NCBI GenBank assembly: GCA_964433635.1
Contig: CAYSSG010000001.1
Span: forward strand, 30,845-94,844
Direction: 5' to 3'
Origin: an uncultured Atribacterota bacterium
GTDB taxonomy: Bacteria; Atribacterota; Phoenicimicrobiia; Phoenicimicrobiales; Stramentimicrobiaceae
Length of the DNA stretch: 64,000 nucleotides
The first letter of the stretch is position 1. The number at the start of each line of letters is the position of its first letter. The position numbers and the translations under genes were made by a program. Below the pieces are notes generated by a model, which did not search any database, was not told the DNA's origin, and worked only from the letters and a program-made list of their open reading frames with translations. Below, piece by piece: positions 57,679-64,000 of the stretch.

Positions 57679-60600
57679 ATGATGTCAGAAATGCAAGAAT
57701 TTGTCCATCTGCATGTTCACTCCGAATACAGTCTGCTTGATGGAGCCTGTCGAGTCAAGGATTTGATTGCCAAAGCAAAAAAGAATCATATGCCTGCACT
57801 GGCATTAACTGATCATGGCGTCATGTATGGGGCAATTCAATTCTATAAAGAGGCAGTAGCCAATAAGATTAAGCCCATTATCGGCTGTGAAGTATATATT
57901 GCACCTCACAGCAGAATGGATAAATCAAACGGGAAAAAAGAATCTCCCAGCCATCTGATTCTTCTGGCAAAGAACCGAAGAGGTTATCAGAACCTGATTC
58001 AGTTAGTAACCAAATCCTTCCTGGAAGGCTTTTATTATAAACCCAGAATAGATAAGGAGATATTACGGGAATACAGTGAAGGACTAATCGGATTATCTGC
58101 TTGCCTGAAAGGCGAGATACCCCGAATGATTTTACAGAATAACTTTTCGGAAGCCAGGAAGCTGGCACTCTCTTATCAGGAAATTTTTGGGCAGGATGAT
58201 TTCTATCTTGAAATACAGAACAATACCATGCCTGAACAGATTAAAGTGAATATGGAGTTGATTAAGTTAGGACACGAATTAAAGATACCACTTGTCGCTA
58301 CCAATGATGTACATTATATGAACCGTGAAGACCGGGAAGCGCATGATATTCTGTTATGCATTCAGACTGCCACGAATCTTGACGATCCTGATCGCATGAG
58401 ATTAAGTACCGATGAATTTTATTTTAATACCCCTGAAGAGATGCGGCAGCATTTTGCCGATATTCCGGAAGCACTGGAAAACACGGTAAGAATTGGTCAG
58501 AAGTGTGATTTGGATATCGATTTCCAGAATGCCCACCTGCCTGATTTTGATCTACCCGAAAACCTCTCAGACAATGATTATCTGCGACAATTATGCTATG
58601 AAGGGGCTGAAAATAAATTTAAAAAAATTGAGGATAAGATCAGGGAACGGTTAGATTATGAGCTATCCGTTATAAAAAAAATGGGGTTTGCTACCTATTT
58701 CTTGATTGTATGGGATTTTGTAAATTATGCCAAGAATCACAAGATTATGGTTGGACCGGGTAGAGGTTCTGCTGCGGGAAGTCTGGTTGCTTATTGTCTT
58801 AATATTACCAGTATCAACCCTCTGGATTATAATCTTCTTTTTGAAAGGTTTCTTAATCCTGAAAGAATCAGTATGCCGGACTTTGATATCGATTTCAGTT
58901 ACGAAGGCAGGAGTCAAGTCATTGAATATGTCAGCAATAAATACGGACAGGAAAAGGTTTCTCAGATTATCACATTCGGAACAATGGCTGCCCGGGCAGT
59001 TATTCGGGATGTAGGAAGGGCTCTGGGTATTCCTTATGGACAGGTGGATAAAATCGCCAAGCTTATTCCTATGGATCCAAAGATGACCATTGAAAAAGCA
59101 TTGCAGATTGAGCCTGAATTAAATAACAGAATGAAAGATGATCCAAAAATCCAAAAAATGATTGAAGTATCTTCAAAATTGGAAGGATTGTCCCGTCATG
59201 CTTCCACTCATGCTGCAGGTGTTGTTCTATCCAAGGAGCCTCTGATTCATTTTGTACCATTGCAGTTAACCTCTGAGGGAGAAGTATCTACCCAGTATGC
59301 TGCCGAGGATCTGGAATCGCTGGGTTTATTAAAGATGGATTTTTTGGGCTTGCGAACACTCTCTGTGATCAATAATACTCTGAAGATTGTTCGTAATACA
59401 AGAGGAGATACCATTGATATTGATGCGATTCCCTTAGACGATGAAAAGGTATATGGGCTATTGTCTCGGGGAGAATGCTGTGGACTTTTTCAGCTGGAAA
59501 GTTCAGGAATGATGGAATTAGTCAAACGAATGGAACCAAAAAACATTGAGGATATTACAGCCCTTCTGGCATTGTTCAGGCCCGGACCTCTGGGTAGTGG
59601 AATGATTGATGATTTTATCAACCGGAAAAAGGGGAAGATTGAAATTAAATATCTGCATCCTAAACTGGAACAGGTTCTACATGACACCTACGGGGTAATC
59701 GTCTACCAGGAACAGGTCATGCAGATTGCCAGTCTATTAGCCGGTTATTCCCTCGGGGAGGCTGATATTTTAAGGAAGGCCATGGGAAAAAAGAAAAAAG
59801 AGGTGATGAAAAAGCAGCATCAGCAGTTCATTCAAGGAGCTGTCAAGAATGGAATTGATGCAAAGACTGCTGAAGAGATTTACGATTTGATTTCCTTTTT
59901 TGCCGGTTATGGATTTAATAAATCCCATAGTGTCTCCTATGCTTTTGTATCCTACCAGACGGCCTATCTCAAGACGCATTATCCGGTAGAATATATGGCT
60001 GCTCTTTTGACCAGCATCATGCAGAATACCGATAAAGTTGTTAAATATATCAAGGAATGCCAGAACATGAACTTGAAAATATTGCCTCCTGATATTAATG
60101 AGAGTCTGGTTGATTTCACAGTCGTTGACCGGAAAAAGATACGTTTCGGCTTAGCGGCAGTTAAAAATGTAGGCAGAGCTGCCATTGAAGGTATTATCCG
60201 GGAACGTACTGAAGGCGGAAATTTTGGTTCCCTTTTTGACTTTTGTCGCAGGGTCGATTTAAAAACCATGAATCGCAGGATGATAGAAAGTCTGATTAAA
60301 TGCGGTGCCTTTGATTCCACGGGAGCAAAAAGGGCTCAATTAATAACTGTGCTGGAACAGGCTATCAATCTTGGACAGGAAATTCAGAAGGATAAAAGAA
60401 ATGGACAAACCAATCTTTTTGCCTTAATGAGCAAGGAAACCCGGAATCAGCAGCAGGATAATGTACCATTACCACAAGTGACTGAATTTACTGACCAGGA
60501 GCTTTTAACAATGGAAAAGGAGACGCTTGGTTTTTATCTGTCTCATCATCCGTTAGAGGACCATCAGGATCGATTGAAAAAAATTGTTAATGCCGATTCG

Positions 60601-61167
60601 GGAAATCTGGACCGTTTTTCCGATAAGAGTCATCTTACAATGGGTGGCATTATTACCGGGATTCGAAGAAAGACAACCAAGAGCGGTAATATGATGGCTT
60701 ATCTTACCCTGGAGGATTTGGAAGGCACGGTCGATATTATTGTTTTTCCGAAAACATATGAAGAATGTAAAGAGGCAATCAAAGAGGAAAATGTCGTCAT
60801 CATTGAAGGTCATCTCGATGCGATGGAGGCAAATGTAAAGCTATTGGCTGAATCTGTCACCTCTATTAAAGCATACCGGCTGAAAAGAAATCATAAAGAA
60901 GTTCAGGTACGAAGGGACAGTGATCATTATTCTTTACACCTGGAAGCAGATTTAGATCAGCTTGATATACAAAAGTTAAAAGGTTTGAAAAAAATATTCA
61001 AGAAATATCCCGGTAAAAATCATATTATTATTCATTTTAAATCTCAACAAAAAATCTACCATCAGCAGGTTAACGATGATATCGGCATTTCTTACGGACA
61101 GGAAATCATTCAGGAGATTGAAGATTTTCTGGGTCATGGAAGAGTGTGGTTTGAGGAGCATGTCTGA
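57679..61167 (+). CDS. dnaE: DNA polymerase III alpha subunit (DnaE type)
   Basis: PHP domain HLHVHSEYSLLDG, the polymerase core and a C-terminal OB fold. 1162 aa. The start could be one of the nearby in-frame ATGs. Confidence 0.96.
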   Translation: MMSEMQEFVHLHVHSEYSLLDGACRVKDLIAKAKKNHMPALALTDHGVMYGAIQFYKEAVANKIKPIIGCEVYIAPHSRMDKSNGKKESPSHLILLAKNRRGYQNLIQLVTKSFLEGFYYKPRIDKEILREYSEGLIGLSACLKGEIPRMILQNNFSEARKLALSYQEIFGQDDFYLEIQNNTMPEQIKVNMELIKLGHELKIPLVATNDVHYMNREDREAHDILLCIQTATNLDDPDRMRLSTDEFYFNTPEEMRQHFADIPEALENTVRIGQKCDLDIDFQNAHLPDFDLPENLSDNDYLRQLCYEGAENKFKKIEDKIRERLDYELSVIKKMGFATYFLIVWDFVNYAKNHKIMVGPGRGSAAGSLVAYCLNITSINPLDYNLLFERFLNPERISMPDFDIDFSYEGRSQVIEYVSNKYGQEKVSQIITFGTMAARAVIRDVGRALGIPYGQVDKIAKLIPMDPKMTIEKALQIEPELNNRMKDDPKIQKMIEVSSKLEGLSRHASTHAAGVVLSKEPLIHFVPLQLTSEGEVSTQYAAEDLESLGLLKMDFLGLRTLSVINNTLKIVRNTRGDTIDIDAIPLDDEKVYGLLSRGECCGLFQLESSGMMELVKRMEPKNIEDITALLALFRPGPLGSGMIDDFINRKKGKIEIKYLHPKLEQVLHDTYGVIVYQEQVMQIASLLAGYSLGEADILRKAMGKKKKEVMKKQHQQFIQGAVKNGIDAKTAEEIYDLISFFAGYGFNKSHSVSYAFVSYQTAYLKTHYPVEYMAALLTSIMQNTDKVVKYIKECQNMNLKILPPDINESLVDFTVVDRKKIRFGLAAVKNVGRAAIEGIIRERTEGGNFGSLFDFCRRVDLKTMNRRMIESLIKCGAFDSTGAKRAQLITVLEQAINLGQEIQKDKRNGQTNLFALMSKETRNQQQDNVPLPQVTEFTDQELLTMEKETLGFYLSHHPLEDHQDRLKKIVNADSGNLDRFSDKSHLTMGGIITGIRRKTTKSGNMMAYLTLEDLEGTVDIIVFPKTYEECKEAIKEENVVIIEGHLDAMEANVKLLAESVTSIKAYRLKRNHKEVQVRRDSDHYSLHLEADLDQLDIQKLKGLKKIFKKYPGKNHIIIHFKSQQKIYHQQVNDDIGISYGQEIIQEIEDFLGHGRVWFEEHV

Positions 61168-61179
61168 GTGGGATGATAA

Positions 61180-61268
61180 TGGTGCCGAAGGTCGGAGTCG
61201 AACCGACATGAGCTGTGAGGCTCGCTGGATTTTGAGTCCAGTGCGTCTACCAATTTCGCCACTTCGGC
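61180..61268 (-). tRNA. tRNA-Leu (anticodon CAA), long variable arm, CCA encoded
   Basis: Hand-folded on the minus strand. Acceptor GCCGAAG/CTTCGGC, anticodon stem CTGGA/TCCAG, loop CT-CAA-AA, variable arm with GAGC/GCTC stem, T-arm GTCGG-TTCGACT-CCGAC, discriminator A, then CCA. Confidence 0.9.
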
Positions 61269-61299
61269 CTGTGAGAATGATCTTGAGATATTCTAAAAA

Positions 61300-61328
61300 A
61301 TTATAGATTAGTCTAATGGTAATGTCAA
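61300..61328 (-). promoter_or_regulatory. Consensus sigma-70 promoter: TTGACA - 17 nt - TATAAT (tRNA-Leu, minus strand)
   Basis: On the minus strand, -35 is at 61328-61323 and -10 at 61305-61300. The tRNA 5' end (61268) lies 31 nt downstream of the -10. Confidence 0.7.
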
Positions 61329-61424
61329 GCCTTGCTACCGGTAACTATAAGGTGCATCTCATAATCTCATGGGCGTAAAATGCTGTCAGAAGGAGCTATT
61401 CATGAAGTGGAGAAAAGGGGAAAA

Positions 61425-64000
61425 ATGATAAAAAAAACAAAGAATTTATTCCTTATTGATGGGCAGGGGATAGTCTATCGTTCTTTTTTTGCCTTGCCAA
61501 AGCTGACCACCACTTATGGACAGCTTATTAATGCAGCTTATGGTTTTACCCTGGTGCTTATGCGATTATTGGAGGAACAGAAGCCTGATGGCCTGGTAAT
61601 TGCCTTTGATACACCCAAACCTACCTTTCGCCATCTGAGGTATCCTTCCTACAAAGCACAGCGAGAGAAGATGCCCCAGGATCTGATTGACCAATTACCC
61701 CTTATTCAGGAAATTATTGATAAGATGAACATTCCTTCACTCTCTGTTGCAGAATTTGAAGCTGATGATATCATCGGCTCCATTGCTGTTCAAGCAAAGA
61801 ACAGTCCATACAGGATAACCATCGTAACCGGTGACCGTGACCTGTTACAGTTGATTGATGAGGATACGGAAATATTATTCATGCAAAAGGGAATATCCCA
61901 GGTTAGACGTTTCCAGCTTGATTCCGTGAAGAGTATGCTGGGTTTTAATCCCGATTTGATCCCGGATTATATTGGTCTTAAGGGTGATTCATCTGATAAT
62001 ATTCCCGGTATTCCGGGTATCGGGGAAAAGACAGCCCGGGATTTAATTCAAAAATACGGTAGTCTTGAAGATATCATCCGGGATAGGGCAGGAATTAAAA
62101 ATGAATCATTGAGAGCTAAAATAGAAAGATACCAAAAACAGGCTCAATTAAGCAAGGCATTGGCTGTAATCAAAAGAGATATGAAACTGGATATAGAATT
62201 TCAGCATCTTGATTATAAGGGTCCGGATTATCAGCAATTGAGAGAACTGTTTCAGAAATATGAATTCAAAAAACTGTTAGAAAAGATTCCCAGCAAGGAA
62301 ACTTTCAGGCAGAAAGAAAAAAAAGACCCGGTCATTTATGAGCTCAGAAATGAGCGGGATTTAGAACTTTTAGGTCGCAAGATAGAATCAAGAGGCGTCT
62401 TCTCCTTTTTCTTTGGAATGAACCGACTCTCTCCTGTCCGGAAAGATGTGAGAATCATCACCTTTTCGGTGGATCATGACCTTTTTTTAGCAAAAATAGA
62501 CCGTCAAGATCTATTAATAGCAGAACAACAGCATGTCTCTGCCAAAACGATGAATCAATTTCTTATCTCTCTTTTTCAGGATAAAAAGATTGAAAAGATT
62601 GGATACGATCTGAAGAATGTCTGGACTTATCTGAGTGATAACGGCATTTTTCTGGAACCGCCTTATTTTGATATTCAGATTGCTGCCTATCTTCTTAATC
62701 CTTCCCAGCAGGAATTCTCTTTAATGAAAATCATACAGGATTACCTTCCGGAGGAACCCTTTATGAATGACAGCTCCAGCCCGAAAGAGGACAAGATTGA
62801 GGCTGGGGATAGGGAATCCTGCTGTCTGGTGAAAGTATTTCTCCCCTTAAAAAGAAAGTTAGAAGCGCAATTAGCCGAAAAACATCTCCTGGATCTATAT
62901 CAGAATATTGAACTCCCCCTGATCCGTGTAATTTACCAGATGGAGAAAAACGGTGTCAAACTGGATACAGGCTTATTGCAAAGAATGTCCCATGAATTTG
63001 CTGAAAAGATTGCTACAATCAAGGATGAGGTTTTCCAGATAGCCGGAGAAGAGTTTAATCTCAATTCTCCCAGACAGTTAAGTCAGATTTTATTTCAGAA
63101 ATTAAAATTACCGGTTATCAAAAAAATAAAAACCGGATTTTCTACCAACGCACAGGTTTTAAACCAGCTTTCAGAGAAGCATGAGGTCGTTGCTAAAATC
63201 CTTTATCACCGAGAACTGGAGAAATTGAAAAATACCTATATCGATAAATTGCCTAAATTAATTAATCCACAGACCGGAAGGATTCATACCTCATTTAACC
63301 AGACGGGAACTTCAACCGGACGTCTCAGCAGCAACAATCCAAATTTGCAGAATATTCCCATTAGAACGGAGTTGGGCAGAAGCATCAGGAATGCCTTTGT
63401 TGCCGAGAAGGGAAATATTTATCTTTCAGCCGATTATTCCCAGATTGAACTGAGAATTCTGGCACATCTTTCACAGGATGAGAATTTATTGGATGCCTTT
63501 TCAGGTGATAAGGATATCCATTCTTTTACGGCAGCCCAGCTCTTTAATGTTGATCAGGATATCGTCAGTAATGAGATGAGGAGGATTGCCAAGACCATCA
63601 ATTTTGGCATTATCTATGGAATGAGCAGCTATGGTCTGGCAAGCAGCCTGGGAATGGGCAGAGAAGAGGCACAGCAATATATCGAGGCTTATTTTCAAAG
63701 GTATAAGCAGGTCAAGGAGTACATAGACCAGCAGATTATCACTGCCAGAAGAAATAAATATGTAACAACCATGTTAAACCGAATCAGATATCTGGATGGA
63801 ATTGACAGTTCAAACAGAGGTGTCAGGGAATTTTACGAACGTACTGCTATCAACACCCCTATTCAGGGAACAGCAGCGGACCTGATCAAAATTGCCATGA
63901 TCAGAATTACCGGAGAGCTGGAAGGAGAGGCATTGCATACTGGCTTGATACTGCAAATCCACGATGAATTAATCTTTGAATTTTCCGCCTCTGAGTTAGA
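61425..64000 (+). CDS. polA: DNA polymerase I (partial; runs off the 3' end of the window, so it is absent from the ORF track)
   Basis: My own translation from ATG 61425: MIKKTKNLFLIDGQGIVYRSFFALP... (5'-nuclease domain). The frame stays open to the window end, where it reads ...QIHDELIFEF (polymerase motif C region). Confidence 0.93.
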   Translation, partial: MIKKTKNLFLIDGQGIVYRSFFALPKLTTTYGQLINAAYGFTLVLMRLLEEQKPDGLVIAFDTPKPTFRHLRYPSYKAQREKMPQDLIDQLPLIQEIIDKMNIPSLSVAEFEADDIIGSIAVQAKNSPYRITIVTGDRDLLQLIDEDTEILFMQKGISQVRRFQLDSVKSMLGFNPDLIPDYIGLKGDSSDNIPGIPGIGEKTARDLIQKYGSLEDIIRDRAGIKNESLRAKIERYQKQAQLSKALAVIKRDMKLDIEFQHLDYKGPDYQQLRELFQKYEFKKLLEKIPSKETFRQKEKKDPVIYELRNERDLELLGRKIESRGVFSFFFGMNRLSPVRKDVRIITFSVDHDLFLAKIDRQDLLIAEQQHVSAKTMNQFLISLFQDKKIEKIGYDLKNVWTYLSDNGIFLEPPYFDIQIAAYLLNPSQQEFSLMKIIQDYLPEEPFMNDSSSPKEDKIEAGDRESCCLVKVFLPLKRKLEAQLAEKHLLDLYQNIELPLIRVIYQMEKNGVKLDTGLLQRMSHEFAEKIATIKDEVFQIAGEEFNLNSPRQLSQILFQKLKLPVIKKIKTGFSTNAQVLNQLSEKHEVVAKILYHRELEKLKNTYIDKLPKLINPQTGRIHTSFNQTGTSTGRLSSNNPNLQNIPIRTELGRSIRNAFVAEKGNIYLSADYSQIELRILAHLSQDENLLDAFSGDKDIHSFTAAQLFNVDQDIVSNEMRRIAKTINFGIIYGMSSYGLASSLGMGREEAQQYIEAYFQRYKQVKEYIDQQIITARRNKYVTTMLNRIRYLDGIDSSNRGVREFYERTAINTPIQGTAADLIKIAMIRITGELEGEALHTGLILQIHDELIFEFSASEL

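Overview
This is an AT-rich (by eye, not computed), gene-dense chromosomal window from what looks like a strict or facultative anaerobe. The gene order is strongly Firmicutes-like, but I cannot assign a taxon without a database search. Almost everything is housekeeping. In order, the window holds:
- nrdR-nrdD-redoxin-nrdG (class III ribonucleotide reductase)
- a five-ORF flavin/iron-sulfur amino-acid dehydrogenase cluster followed by a Liv-type ABC importer
- phoU-yggT-divIVA
- a T-box (Ile) leader, then ileS-lspA-rluD
- rqcH on the minus strand
- yicC-remA-gmk-coaBC-priA-def-fmt-rsmB, a PASTA-only protein, and dprA
- tRNA-Pro(GGG), a thrC-like gene, an FAD protein and tRNA-Gly(CCC)
- a VanW protein, an M14-like peptidase and a parvulin PPIase
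- ligA and gatCAB
- a rubredoxin (53 aa, missing from the ORF track) and a flavodiiron protein
- a block of poorly characterised genes (secreted protein, MFS, DUF4139-like)
- two unrecognisable proteins on the minus strand, placed divergently to a LOG/TIGR00725-like gene and a 549-aa RNase H + SWIM + D-2-hydroxyacid-dehydrogenase fusion
- hflKC, fba, a PPi-type phosphofructokinase, dnaE, tRNA-Leu(CAA) and the 5' ~86% of polA

I saw no rRNA, CRISPR array, transposase, integrase or prophage signature.

The best candidates for something new are:
- the divergent four-gene unit at 49.4-53.1 kb, especially the tri-domain fusion
- a PriA whose ATPase motifs are all ablated while its zinc-binding region is intact
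- a kinase-less PASTA protein sitting where PrkC sits in Firmicutes
- an Ile T-box whose Stem I looks truncated

All family assignments come from motif recognition by eye. No HMM or BLAST search was run.
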